Both the position numbers and the translations under genes were made by a program. From Vicugna vicugna (lineage: Eukaryota), in the NCBI GenBank assembly GCA_013265495.1, contig MU061579.1, positions 2,787,319 through 2,851,318 of the forward strand: a stretch of DNA of 64,000 nucleotides. Direction: 5' to 3'. Positions 39,359 through 52,930 of this stretch are shown in pieces (the first letter of the stretch is position 1; each line of letters starts with the position of its first letter). Under the pieces are notes generated by a model. The model did no database searches. It saw only the letters and a program-made list of their open reading frames with translations, and had not been told where the DNA came from.

Positions 39359-39721
39359 GAACCTATGAGGAGTTTTCCATGTATAGGTTCCCTGTAAGTA
39401 TAAAGTTAAGACTGTAAGACTTAAGCCCTTATAAGGAGTATAATTGACATCAAAGCAAAAAAAAAGTAAGGATACTTTGAAAGGTTAAAATCTCTATAGA
39501 ATATTTACAACAGTTTTCACAAAATTAAAGAAAGAAAATTTATCTTTAAGTTGAAGAAAATATGTGATTACACTTTTGGTGAGGACCTTCCATTTTCTTC
39601 ATATTTCTTTGCATATTTCAAGTTCAATATATCAGGAAAAATTGGCATTTAAATAGTGTCTATTTATTAGATTATATACCACAAAGTAACTGCTAAGAGT
39701 TCAGAATAAAAAGCTTTACCT

Positions 39722-39910
39722 CTTATTTAATTCTTACTATGCACTAAACATTATTCTAAATTCTATACATAAATTATTTCACTAATGTCTCGTTATAAAA
39801 CCATGAGATATGTTTCTCTATCATTATCATCATCACTTTAGCCAGTTTATAGATGGAGAGTCATATTTAGACCAATTAATCTATTTAAGTTTACACAACA
39901 AGTAAGTTAA
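39722..39910 (-). mobile_element. MIR relic
   Basis: cttactatgc..ttattctaa..ccatgagat..tttatagatggag. Confidence 0.5.
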
Positions 39911-41194
39911 TCATATTAAGATAAAAATATATACACATAGTTTAAAATCTGGTGGTAATACCAATGTTAATACTATAAAATTTGGACTCTCTACAGTGAA
40001 ACTCTTGGAACTCTGGAGCAATTTTCTACTTTGTTCCCATCAGTAATATTTCATGTTGCTCATGGTATTTTATTACATGTACACAATGTGCATTCAACAA
40101 TGGCCTGCTAAATAACTATTAGAAATACACAATTTTATTAAAATTTAGAATCTATTTGAAACAGTATAGCAGGAATTGTGACCTTTTTTTTCCCTTTTGT
40201 TGAATTAGGAGGGAAGTTTTGAGATGTAGTTTGTTATTTAAAAATAGAGAAAGAGAAACGTGTCTTTTTTTGTTGTTGTTACTGGAATGGCATACTGGCA
40301 ATAATATTTAAGAGAAACATTATTCTATATTTGCCCAAATAAATTGATATTTCATTGCTTTTAATGTATTCTTTGGGAATAGTGATTTCACATGTCAGTG
40401 CCTAGCCTGGCTCATGTAACTATATATTGGAAACTATACGTTATAGAAAGTCATCCTCATATTCACAAGCATTGAGAAGTAGGAATCTTCTCTTTCTCTT
40501 TTTTTTTTCCTTCTTGACTGACGCAGTCAGTAACACTCTGTATGACAAATATGCACTCAATTAAGATGATACAGAGAGACAAAATGACCAAAAAAGCAGT
40601 TATAACATTTTAGTGAAATATTGAAAAATTACTAAAAGTGAAAACTTCTATTTATCACAATGATTTAATGTAAATTGATTTTAATAAAAATTATATATTT
40701 TATCATATGTGTATTAACAAAACTATTCTTCTCCTTATAATGTTTCTTTTTCCTTTCAAAGGACAATGAACATAAAGTGAATATTTTATACTTTTCCACT
40801 AATTATAACAGTGAATTCTTTGTCATATGAATATTTTATTGTTAAAAAGCAATAATCTTGCTGCTTAATAAATAGGATGATCACATATATTCTTAGACTG
40901 CTTAAGTCATTCATGACAGTTCATACTTGAGTGCAGTAGCTTTTAAAATATATTATGTAACTTCATTATATTTTAGTCAAAATTTCTAGAAAGATTCTTC
41001 TGACCCCTTACATCAACACACTATGCATGATTTTGAGTTAATCTCCTTAAAACCATATGATAAAGACAAGGGCACACTGGATGTGGTGTATACTTAGCCA
41101 GCCCTGCCTAGAATACTTGTCCTTCCTCTTGTGTGATAAGACCTAAGCCACCACCCCCAAACTGGGTGCTGTGGAGCCACTTTCCACGTAATCA

Positions 41195-41390
41195 GCAATG
41201 ATAATAAAAAAGGCTTAAACTGTGACGTGCCCATTATGTAATTATTTTACTTCCTCTTTGCAACAACCCAGTGACATGGCTATTATCTTCCTTTTACAAA
41301 TAAGGAAGTTGAGAATGAAGACACTAGTAAGCAGCAGAGCCTGCATTTGAACTCACTTTGACTGATTTCAAAGCCTTTGCCAAAACCCTC
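41195..41390 (-). mobile_element. MIR SINE
   Basis: caacaaccc..tattat..ttttacaaataaggaa..ctagtaagcagcagagc..atttgaactca..tgatttcaaagcc. Confidence 0.75.
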
Positions 41391-42914
41391 TGCATCTCTA
41401 TGTTGCAAAGATATTAATTATAGCATATCCACTAATTTTACTTCCTGCAATCTGAATAGAATAGAAAAATCATGCCAATGTGAAAAAATCTTTAAAAATA
41501 TTCATGGCCATAATGCCTCATGCATCTCATGTACATGTTACATATGTATATGTCTAGTTGTATGTGCTTTTTAAAAATATAGGTATATAATGTTAATTAC
41601 ATCTTTTCTAATTAATCACTTTTAATGGTTGGTAATTGTAGACATGCTTTTCCACAAATTGCATATGTAGTTTTCCTCAAAACTTCTTCATAACTGCTTT
41701 TGAAAATACTCTCAGTAAACTGTAATAGTTAGAATATCTACATATAAAAATATTTATCAACATTATGTTCTGTTACTATGCTAAATACAAAGGTTAGATT
41801 CACATATGTCTTTGTAGTCTTTCAGAACATCCATAAGGATGCTTTGGCCAGAAGGAGTTAATCTAGATCTCTTCACAGTCCTCCTGACCCCAGTCTTTTC
41901 AATCTCTTATCCTCATTGTCTTTAGAAACTGTACTCTAAAGAAGTGACAGTAAAGGGATCTAGTGACAGGCGCAGATTTTGAATCAAGACTATTTGACTC
42001 ATTTCTTGTTGTTTTTGTATTATCTTATGCTGTTTCTAGGCATTTTGAGAAAAATATATTTAGTTTACCCTACATTTTTTCTTACTTTTAGAAAATGAAT
42101 TCACGAATTATTAACGATCTGTTTTTAGTGTTAAAATGTTTTTATCAAAAATGTACTTAAATTTGGTTATGTACTTAAATTTGGATATAAGATGTCTATC
42201 TAGCTAGTTTTTCATTAATTTTGCTGACCAATCAATAAATAGAAGAACAGGTTCAAGCTAAAATGAACATTTTAAACTAGTGCTTTTGAGAGAATATTTT
42301 TGTAGATGAAAGCATATTCATGACTTAGTGGAGGCAGGTTAAACTGTATGAGAAGTAGTCAACGAAGTCTGGGGATGATAGGGGAAAGGTCATTTGGCAA
42401 TATTAGTATTTGATCAGAGGATTTTCAAAAAATTTTACTTAAGGCACCAATAAATAGCATAGCTTTTGAAAAAGGAAAGCCACAAACTATATTGAATTAT
42501 AACTTTCTCTTGGTTGAACGCCTCTTAAGGAAAAATGATGTGAAAATTATGGTAGAATATTGATCAACAGAAGAGATGAGCATAAAATTGCAGGAAGGCT
42601 ACAGACCAGGGACCCCCCGGGTGCTCTTCTGTACAAGCTTGTCTACACTCTTCTGCCCTGGGGTACTCTCATGTTGTGAGTATCAACACAAGTTTAATGT
42701 CTGTGTCTTTTTGTTCATGCATCAAATTACTAAAGATATGGAATCTGACTGGCTTCATTTTCTACAGGAGTTTTTACTCAGTTACCCATCACTAGCAGAT
42801 TGGATGAGAAATAGTCACTGGAGGAAACATTACGAGCCAAGCATTCATCTTAAATTGTAACACACAAAGCATTTGATGAGTAAATACGTAAACAATGTGT
42901 GATTCCAATGTGAA

Positions 42915-43150
42915 GGTGTGTCGTATACTAGAAAGGCAGACTCAGGCAGGCCTGGAGTCTGGACAAAGTAGAGGATAGACTCTACAAGGTCAAGCTGGCT
43001 GTCATCCGCTAAGCACACCGAGGAGGGTAACCAAACAGCTTCTATTCCTCACTTTCCCATCTGGAAACGGGAGATAATAATCATACCCTGTCGTTTCGTC
43101 ACAGGTTATTTTGTGATTTAATGAAATGCCTGTAAAGACCTTTTCACTCA
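42915..43150 (+). mobile_element. MIR SINE
   Basis: cctcactttcccatctggaaacgggagataataat..ttttgtgatttaatgaaatg..tgtaaag. Confidence 0.7.
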
Positions 43151-44179
43151 CTGAAATAAAAGTAGATTTTCTCAAAAATGCCAAATCTATTTCAGAAGAA
43201 AAAAGGAGGAGTTCAGAATTAGCATTCTACTTGTTGCTTCATTTTCAAACTAGGTAAACAATTGGTATTAAAATTAGGCAGAAAGAAATGACAGAAGACT
43301 GCAGGCAATGTCTTGAAATCATGATGATTCACACAAGCTGAGGCCTGCTATCTTTGGGTCTACAAAACCGGAGGTGGAGAAGGCAGTTTTTCTCTCTCTG
43401 CTCTTATATCTCTCTCATAAGTTTTGGTAAAGGTAGTAATTTCTCTGGATACAGGAAAATATTTATAAAAATGTAAGTTACTCATGACAGGATACCAGCA
43501 TCTAGGTCAACAGTAAGTCTAACAAAATATAATTAGGTAGAGTAACTGAAAGTACAGATGGCTTTTACATAATTGTGACCAGATATATTTGAGCTGTTGC
43601 AATTTGAGTCTTGCAAATTATTTCCCAAAACGGTTTAGATGAACGTGTACCAACATTTACTATGCAGTAGCCTCCCTTAATTTGCCATCTCCTTCTTCCC
43701 TTTATGTATAAGTAGGTTGCAAGAATGCAGGCAACTTCCCTCAACTAGTTACCCCAGGAGTAAACGCTCTTGGAGAGCTAAAAGGGTTTCAGGTGAGTCT
43801 ATTCAAAATAGGTCATTTCATTCATCAAAAATTAACATTTCTTCTGGAATAACTTTAAATTCTTCGGTGTTATTAAACATGGGGACAAGGTTATATTTTA
43901 ACGACCGTCAATAACTGTCTCCCCCTCTATTTTTCTCTCATTCCCTCTCTCATGTCAAATTTTGAGTGGTTGGCTTTGTTCTGTGAAATGTTTCACTACA
44001 CACTAGAGAAGCTGAGGAGAGTTTGTTGAGCAGAATTCAATTTAATTCTTACTTTTAGGACTCAGAGGCCAATACATCCTTCTTTCCAATCTCACTCCCT
44101 ACAAAACACTCTTGTTAATTTTATTTCCAAAATGTTTGATAGGAGAACATGTAGAAAAACTTGGAGCCACCATGTGCCA

Positions 44180-44345
44180 GTGAGTCGGCGGGCGCCTGGA
44201 AGAGAGCCCGGCTGGCACACAGAAGGCTGCTCTGGGGCGGACAGCGCGCCGGGCACCCTCAGGGCACAAGACACCAGTCTGCACTCAGCCAGGTCAGCCG
44301 GGTCAACCAGCCAGGGGGACAGAGGGACTGGGGTTCCGAATCCAT
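44180..44345. promoter_or_regulatory. Small CpG/GC-rich patch (candidate promoter or enhancer)
   Basis: About ten CpGs in ~165 bp and a GGGGCGG GC-box, in otherwise CpG-depleted DNA; no repeat recognised. Confidence 0.4.
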
Positions 44346-47300
44346 TGCCTCCAGGTGTTAGATGTCCCATCAGACAGTGTTGGAAAGCCCAAAGAGGTGG
44401 TTTCTGGAACTGTCGACCTTTTTCACTCAATTGTTTCCTTTTGTATTTCAGTCATAGTTACCTCTGTTTCCTTCTTAGTGACTAGCATTGAAAGTTTTAA
44501 TATAAAGTGATTTATAAATACGTCAAAATAAATGTATATAAGGCTCAAAATTCCTTGCAAGAAACCATCTTTCTGGGTATGAATAAATAAATGAAAGTGA
44601 TTTTCTGTCTTCCAGGAGAATATGGGTTCTGTTCTTTCCCCTCACCCATCCCAGGCCACTATTACTTGTTCTGAGGTGTGATTTTGCTAATGTCTGAAAG
44701 GTATCCTTCTCTGAAACTGTCAGCTTTGTCTGCTAATGTTTCTGTGATCCCACAACTTAGAGATGCATACAAACAAACGTCCTATATGAAATTAAGATGC
44801 TAACCCTCAGTGGCAGGGACCTTATTCTACACTTCTTAGGACATTGAAAACAAACAAAAATGCCCTTTGGAAAGAATGTCATTGTAAAAGCTGGTTTTTC
44901 TTTATAGAAACTTTGAAGCCAGTTCATTTGTTTGTGTTTCTTTCCTTAAAGAACTGCGTGAGATCCAGCTGCGCTGAAGAAATAGGAGTTAATGAAGGGA
45001 GGGAAATGGAATGGATTTAATTTTGTAGCCATGTCTGTTCAAATAGATCAGACTGACAACAGGGTTCTTTGCATGGTCAGAAAACAACAAGAAGGGAGAA
45101 AATGAGGAGGTGGGAGGTATGAGCTTGATCTTTATAACAGGAGATGAGGAAGGCTGGAGAGTGCGTGAAGCAAGGAGTCCGGAAGATGGATACATGGGGG
45201 GGATTTTATAATCCCGCCTCACCAGCTGTGCTTCTCTTTACAGTTCTATTGAGTTTCCAAATCGGGCCTATGTGGAGTTGGTTATTATGTCACCTTACAT
45301 GTGATACTCCTTCAAACCTGATCCCGAAGGTAAAGCTTTCTGGCTGAAATACTCTCGGTGATGTCTTTAACATAAATTCACAGTACGGGCTTTAATCTCG
45401 CCAAGGAAATGTAACTCGGTAAAGTGATGATTCCTTATTAATCATGCGTTGCTGTTTTTGCTTTCTCTACCTTATCACCAGCCCCGCTTTGCTAGTGAAT
45501 GGGAAGCTTATTAGACAAAATTTTTTCAGTTGGAAGGGTATTCCAACTAAATTCATGGCCCCCGGCTGAATTCCCAGAGCACCTCTCCCATTTCACTCAC
45601 CCACATGTACGCCATTAGAGCTGGTGCAACACCACGGGAGTCCCCCACATACTTGGGGTTTTATCTGCATTAGGTGAAGATTGACCTTATCATAGTGTGA
45701 TGCTGTGCATGTAGTGGAAGCTGAATTCATGATCCTGGATTTTACAAGTTAGCGAGGGAGCTGAGTGGTACCTTTAACAATGTCAGGTGGAAATAACATG
45801 TACGGATTCAGAAATAGAAAGATCCTAAACATGTCTTTGCCTAGTTCCTTTCAGGCCCTTTATTTCTAATGGAAGATGAACAAATTTTATGACCTAAAAT
45901 TGTAAGAAATAATTCAACTTTCTTTTTCCTATTATCTACATGCCAAAAAAAAAGCAAAGTTAATGAAATACCAAAAATGTGTTTGCAATGTTTAAAGTAA
46001 ATAATGTAAAGCATCGAGTCTGCCTTAAAATTTAAGAAAATTGAGTAAATAAATTTGTAGATCCACATGCCTTCCTAATTCAAAGGACATGGTATTTCTG
46101 AGCTTACAACCAAACAGAAAGTATGTACTTGACACTCACATGCATCATAGGCTGACAGAAGGGTTGTGTCAGGAATCCAGGCTCCACCTGTCTGAGATGC
46201 ACCTGGCATGACAGGACAGCAGACTCAGCTGAAGTCTGATCTTTCAATAATAGAGACAAATAACTAAGAGCACAGTCTGTGGTTCTAAAGTCAGAATGCA
46301 TTTCGTTTTCTGCTTCGCTCTTACCCTTCTTGGGTTGAGACTTTCTTTGCTAAACAGAAATACAAAAGACTTAGTGGTCTTATAACTATCTAAACATTGA
46401 AATAGTATACACAGTAAAACCTGACGAGAAGGATTGCCCCTAGTATTCTAAGAATGCAAAGGTCTACTCTTTGGGATGCTCTAGTTTATTTTCCTGTATG
46501 ATTCTTCCATTTTCCCTGGGAATGCTGGCCATCTGGGACCTCCTGGTGCCTCTTGAACTCCAGTACCTGCATCCACTTGATTGTCAGGGAGGCAGACGTG
46601 ATGCAGACAGCGAATCATCTAATTCTGCTGAGAAGGGAGAGCCTGCGGCTAGAAACCCAGAAGAACCTCAGGCAGGTAGTCCATACATCACTCTGTCAGC
46701 TGACCCAGGCCTCCCTCTGACCACCCACTTTGTCCCAGCAGACCTACCCTGCTGGTCTCCTGCAAATGCTTCACGGATTTTCTCCTCCATCTATCTGATC
46801 CCATCTGCTTTTTATCCTCTAGGAATTTCTCAAAAAATGTTGATGCACAGATGGTAAGAGTTCTTATTTTCTGGCTCTTGATATATTTTCTGAAAGAAAA
46901 AATATTTTCTGCTATTTTGAAAGAGTTAAGATGGAGGGAGAGTTGATCCACATGGTAGACTTGCAAACTTCCCCACCCTCCCCCAACTCCCTCCAGCTTT
47001 TCTTTAGTTCAGTCAAAGTCAGATCATCTTTAGTAGGAAACTCCTAGGACAGTGGAGGAGGTTATGGAGTTCAGGTGTTCAAATGAATAATCCCACCACG
47101 TTTAACCCCAGGCTGTACCTTCTCCGGTGGGATGGACTGCATACACTTAAACAGGGGAGGCTTGCCATGCTTAGGTATTCTAGAAGACAGAGACTATGGA
47201 TTCTTCATTTAATGTTAAGTTAAAAAGTAGTTTTCTTCCCATGTTACACATGAATGTATATGTGAAGATTAAAGAAAAATCCCATGTGGCTGCACCTAGC

Positions 47301-48764
47301 CCCTGGCATGGGCTGTTTTTGCTTGGCCCTGGGTCATTTGTTTCAACGTCAGCATGAGTGGCCTCAAGGGGGCGTGGCCTAACAGATCATCCACGCTGTT
47401 CAACTTATTTCATGCACCAGAAAGGAGGCACAAAGGCAATTAACATAGGACGAGCTGGTCAGACTTATGAGAATGTGATGGTGACTGATCCATCAGTCTG
47501 TCTGAGGTTCTTAAAGACCAAGCCTACCTGAAGATTTAATCAAAATCACTAAATGGAAGAGAAATCTTGTTAGACATCATATAGACACTGGCAAATGGTT
47601 AAAAATGACTAGCAACTAAGAAGATAAACATTTAAGTTATGCATTTGTCTTAGTGCAAGTTATTTTTGAAAGATGTGTGCATGCTTTAATACATGGGATA
47701 GAAAATATATTGAAGCCAGTACCATTTAAATAACTTCTCTATTTGATTTTTATTTGATTCTAACATTTACATAAATCTATAGGACTGATTCCTAACACTG
47801 ATTTTCTAGGTTAGATTAGCTTCTTGAATTATTTTTTTGAAATTCTTTAACATATTATGTCAAAGTACTTCAGTAAGAAAGAAAAGAATTATGCTTGCTG
47901 AATCTAACAGTGTTAAAATGTTGGATCTCTGCACAGTTTGAAATACTTTTCCTAATTATAGGAGGATTTCTACATTGGAAGACTATAAATATCCATCTTG
48001 TTCTCAATTGTTTTGGATCAGCTCTTTAGATTATAAAATGATTTTTTCCCATTGGGTAAGTATTGTCAGTGCCTAATTAATTCACGATGCCACTATATAA
48101 TACACATTGCTGGTGTGCATGCTAACAATTGGGATGAGAGAGTTCTAGGCCTGTGTCTCTTTGAGGCATAAATCTCTTTTCAATCCTAGGAATATTTAAC
48201 AGATCAAATGTAGGTTTGGGGTACTCACAAAACAGAGCCATGAAAACAAAATGAAAGTATTTGTTATTGAATATTTCAAAAAGAAGCCTGGATAGAGTCA
48301 AAATGGAAAAAAAAATCACTAAACATTTCTTTGCATTACCATATTTTGTAATTAAATGTCATTTTTATTTTGAATTATCAGAGCCGCTCCCATCATGTTC
48401 TTTAGCCAATCATCTCTTCAAAGTCTTGAACCTGTAAATGGAATAATCCAGCCATGCCTCTCAGAGAAGTGAGCTTATTTTTTTCTTTCATGGCTATACA
48501 CCGAGACACTATCAGAGGAGAAAAGATGATCACGTTGCTGGGCAAAGTGACTTCCTAGGTAAGAAGGAGATCAGAGCTCTGCAAGGCGATTGGGGAACCC
48601 TCCTTGTTAACTTTCTAAGGAAAGGTGCTGCTCCAGCAGGTGCGAGAAAGAACTGGAGGAGAGGAAGTGTGGGAATCACGGGTGATGTGGATCTAGCAGA
48701 AGACATTCTCAGAACTGAAAAATAATCTGCAGACAAATGAGGTGTGTAGATTGTAGCCAGAAAG

Positions 48765-48965
48765 ACAGTTTAGCACAGAAGTTAAAGGCAGAGACTCACT
48801 AACCAAATCGTCTAAATCCAAATCTTTGCTCTGCAATGTGCTGGCTGTGAGAACAAATCATTTCGTACCTTTGAGCTCACCTCTTTATCTGTGAAATGGG
48901 GATAGCAATTCCTGTTCATGGAGTTTCAGGAGAGACTGAATAAGTAATTATATAAAATGCCTTGG
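48765..48965 (+). mobile_element. MIR SINE
   Basis: tagcacag..gttaa..gctgtga..ctttgagc..ttatctgtgaaatggggata. Confidence 0.75.
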
Positions 48966-49521
48966 GGTGACATGTAATACATCCACATCTTTGACATGCC
49001 CTGCAAAAAATGGAGCACGAGTCCCTTTAACTTGAGTGTGGGCTAGACTTTAGTAACTCACTTGTAACAAATGGAATAAAGTGAAAAGTGACAGGTGTGA
49101 CTTCAGAGATGAAATCACCAAAGGCATTTTGGCTTCCTATGGGTTCTTCCTCTTGGATCACTGATTATGAAAGAAGCCAGATCTCTTTGGAGAGGATTCA
49201 AGCTGTCCTTTGGAGAGGTCCATGTGTTAAGGAACCGAGGCATCTTGCCATCAACCAATGAGAAACTGAGGGTCCCTAACAATGGCCAAAAGAATGAGCC
49301 CCCTTAGAAACAGCTCCTCCTGCTCCAGTCAAATCTTCCCATGACTGCAACCTGAGTCTTTCGTTTGCCTGCCACCTCATGAAAGACTCTAAGTCAAAAC
49401 CTGACAGCTAAGCCTCTCCCATATTCCTGACCCACGGGGATTTTGAGTGAACGAAAGTTGATTGTTTTCAACCACTAATTATTGTGGGTAATTTGTTACT
49501 CAGCAATAGATAATTAACACA
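48966..49521 (+). mobile_element. MaLR solo LTR (MLT1F-like)
   Basis: gagtgtgggctagact..tggagaggtccatgtg..ccagtcaa..ttcctgaccca..taatttgttactcagcaatagataattaacaca. Confidence 0.88.
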
Positions 49522-50102
49522 CACTTTAAGGGCTGCCTGGCTTATCATGAGTCCTATATAATTATTAACCACAGTATTATTACAAGTCATTGGTTTGTGA
49601 ACAGAATAATAAACCAGTAGAAATTCCCTATTATTTTCCCTCCGTGATCTGTTTTGGGGCATTGCTGTTGTTAAATCCTGGTGTGCCAGATTTTCCCTGA
49701 TATGGTAGTATTTGTATGAGCTTCTGAATAATAGTTTTTGGAGAAAATATGAAAATGATGATGGATAGAAGAAGATGTATGGTGACAAGTGGGGAAGAGA
49801 GGCAAAGTAAAGGGTCTGGGAGAACAGGAATTTTTATAGTAAGTGAAAGAAAGAGGAAGAGAGATGAATGGTTTACTTCCATTTTTCATCTGCAGCTAGA
49901 GAAGTAAAAACTCAATAAACCAAAAAAAAGAAAAAAAAAGCTGTGCTGACATCAGCCTCATAATAATGTGTCTAAAATTGATCGTGAGAGATAAAAAATG
50001 AAGAAGGGCATTCTCACCTATATATTACATCAATCATAATGCCCTTCTCACCTTTCCTTGCCCATTGCTCATTGAATTAGGCACCTTCTTAAACATCTTC
50101 AC

Positions 50103-50654
50103 TGCAGGAAAAAACAAAGACAGACCAAATAAGAAAAGCAAAGGCTTTTCTTTGGTCTGAGTTTGCTAAAGCAAGAGGTCAGCACCATCCTCTGTATTTT
50201 GGCAGAGACTCAAATGCAGGCAGAGGAGCAGGGAAGCTTTGTAGTGAAAAGGAGGGAAACCCTCAGGTATGTCCTGATCGGAGACTTGGTAGGAAAAGCT
50301 GTAGGTAGACTAACTAGAAGCAGGGCATCTCCTATGATTGTCTGGGGAGCGTATTTGGTTTTCTCTGGTTGGTTGTAAGTTGAAAGTGGGGCAAAAATTA
50401 AGGACGTTGCCAGTTATTAATCAAGTACTGGCCATTTTTGGCCGCTTGTTACAGAATTGTTGTTTAACTTCCTGGATGATCACTAGAGAGAGCAATCTTG
50501 CTTCCTGCAAATCTGATTTATAGTAGGCTTACCTCCTGGGTCGTTTATTACAGATGAAGTGTTGGTTTCCTGGGCAAACTGCTGCAGGTTGTGGGTCCAA
50601 GATCCATTTTTATATATGGTCTGGCTATGGTCCATTTGTATCTTCAGTCTCTCA
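50103..50654 (-). mobile_element. ERV1-class solo LTR (MER89/MER90-like)
   Basis: Minus strand begins tgagagactgaagatacaaatggac..ccagaccatatataaaaat..gacccacaacctgcagca; TG..CA ends; flanks tcac/tcaa. Confidence 0.8.
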
Positions 50655-51471
50655 TCAACACACACTATTTTTTTGCACTGGTACACTGATTGTAATTCCC
50701 TCTCCTTTGTTTACAGTTTCCAGCACTGTTCTATCCCATTTCCATATCAAAATATTGATAGCATTTCCATAAACATTCACTCGATTTGTGAAGGACTGAA
50801 ATCGAAGTTTCTGCATATGAATAATAAAATAATCAAGAGGATTATATCTTGGCAGAAAGTTTCTTTCTGCTCTAACAGCAGACCCACGCAGAGAAAAAGG
50901 AAATGAAATAATGAACAAAACATTGTTGAAAAGTCAACATGTTTTTATTAGAAACAGGAAGGCGGAGAAGAAGAGAAATTGATCAAACGATGACTGAGCT
51001 ACCATAGGCACATTTTTCTTGCTTCCATTAAATTGTTCACATGTAGTATAGGATGATTTTCTGCCAGGATCTTTCTTATAAGCCTATAAATGATAGTATC
51101 TATTTTCAATACACCTTTTTTTTTTACATTGCAATTATTTTAAAGTAAATGTTTACTACTGTTGACTGGCAACATTGGGTCAATAATCACTGTATTGGTG
51201 TAAATTGTTTGTAACTTGAGCAAAAAATAGAAAAGAACCATTAGCATGAACAGGAAAGACAGAAAAAAGTCATTGTGTTTTTGGAATGCTTGAATTTCAT
51301 TGTTCTTGCAATGACTCATGAGACCATGAGTTGCTTCCTTCCTACTGGTCATAAATAAACTGAGTTACCAAGAATCTATACAGTGCATCCCTGACACTGA
51401 TTCAGACATTCAAATGCCTACTGTTGCCTAGGTGGCTAATGAAAAGTTGAAAGACAGTAAAAATTTATTCA

Positions 51472-51540
51472 CTCACTGAATACATATTTATTTAGAGCCT
51501 ACTTTATGCCAGGCACTGTTCTAGTTACTGAAATTGACTT
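51472..51540 (-). mobile_element. L2 3' end
   Basis: attcactcactgaatacatattta..cctactttatgccaggcactgttctag. Confidence 0.7.
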
Positions 51541-52404
51541 TGTACCAATTATCTAGAGACCTGTATTCTTCCTTGTTCTATATTTAGTGTTTGCACATTT
51601 GATAGAGGCAAGATTACAGAGAAATAGTTCCTTTCATTCAGTATAACAATAGCAAACCTGATGATAAACGATGATGGGTCCTGTAGTGGTGTCAGAAATT
51701 CCATAGAGGGTCCTATGGATTTTAGTGCACTGTACTGTCTAATGGCAACAGTCACTTGTTAACACACAGGAAGACGTAAGCCAGATGCTGTCAGGTCATC
51801 TTGTACTATTTTCCTATTTTTTGAGAAGACAGAACTCCAGAGTTCTTTTTATGCAAACCTACCAAGTTTGCTTTATGTTGTTTATTTTTTGAAAACATAG
51901 TGAAAATGAAATGACAGATACCAATCCATTTTATTGCCCAACAGTTTGGAATGTTTAATCTCAGTAGAATTAATTTGACTATATCCCAAAATTTAAATAT
52001 AGTGCAGAGCACAAGCTATTTAATTGCTCTAAGGCTATTAGTCAGCATTGCTGGCAATGATAACTTTAACAGATGAGTTAAGGAATAATCTTGGATAGAT
52101 GAACCTTGCCATAAATTCTTTGGTTCTGTTTATTTCGTACTTCTTTGGGCGCTCTATTTCATTTGTGGGTTATTTCCCTGCTCTAGTTCTTTGAATTAGA
52201 TGTCTCCTTTTTTTTTTTTTTTTTTTCCTTTTTTTTTTTTTTTTTTGCCCTTTGCACTCAATGCTTTACCTTTTCTCCTTCTCTAAGCTATTAATTTACA
52301 TATGTTATTAAAACCTTTAGTGATTCCCATTTACAAATTGAACAAAAGGTAAATTCCTTCAAAATGCTCTGTAGTCCAAGCTCAACCAAATTTTCTAGTT
52401 TTCT

Positions 52405-52930
52405 ATTTTCTATTTATTTTCCTAAATTAAATTATAACTGACATACAACGATGCATAAGTTTAAGGTGTATAACATGTTGATTTGATACATTTATATATG
52501 GCAATATTATTACCACCATATCAGTTAACATCTCCATCTTGTCACAAAATTATCATTTCATGTTGTGGTGAGAACAGTTAAGATCTAGTCTCTTAGCAGC
52601 TTTGAAATATGTAACAGTATCATTGAAGATCATCACAATGCTGTGCATTAGGTCTTCAGAGCTAAATTCATAACTGGACATTTGTACCCTTTCTCTAACA
52701 TCTTCCCTATTCCCCAACCACCCGCCCCACTGCTCCCCCATACCCTGGGTACCACGATCTCCCTCTTCTGCTTCTATGAATTCAACTTTTTTAGATGCCA
52801 TGTATAAGACAGTGTTTGTCTTTCTCTGACTTGTCACACTTAGCAGAATGCCCCCAAGGTCCATCTATGTTGTCACAAGTAGCAGGATTTCCTTCTTTCT
52901 TTTACCTGAACAATATTCCATTGTGTATGG
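52405..52930 (-). mobile_element. L1MA9-like 3' end inserted in an L2 relic
   Basis: taagtttaaggtgta..gtggtgagaaca.ttaagatcta.tctcttagca..gcaggatttccttcttt..aatattccattgtgtat. Confidence 0.88.

Noticed and set aside
44092..44485. Overlapping 112-117 aa ORFs on both strands
   Set aside because: Expected from local GC richness (few stop codons); no domain recognised.
46471..46857. Longest ORF (128 aa) with hydrophobic N-terminus
   Set aside because: Non-ATG (TTG) start and no recognisable homology; only the terminal micro-exon candidate was kept.
50163..50918. Dense cluster of overlapping ORFs
   Set aside because: Mostly within or beside an ERV1 solo LTR; no retroviral protein motifs.
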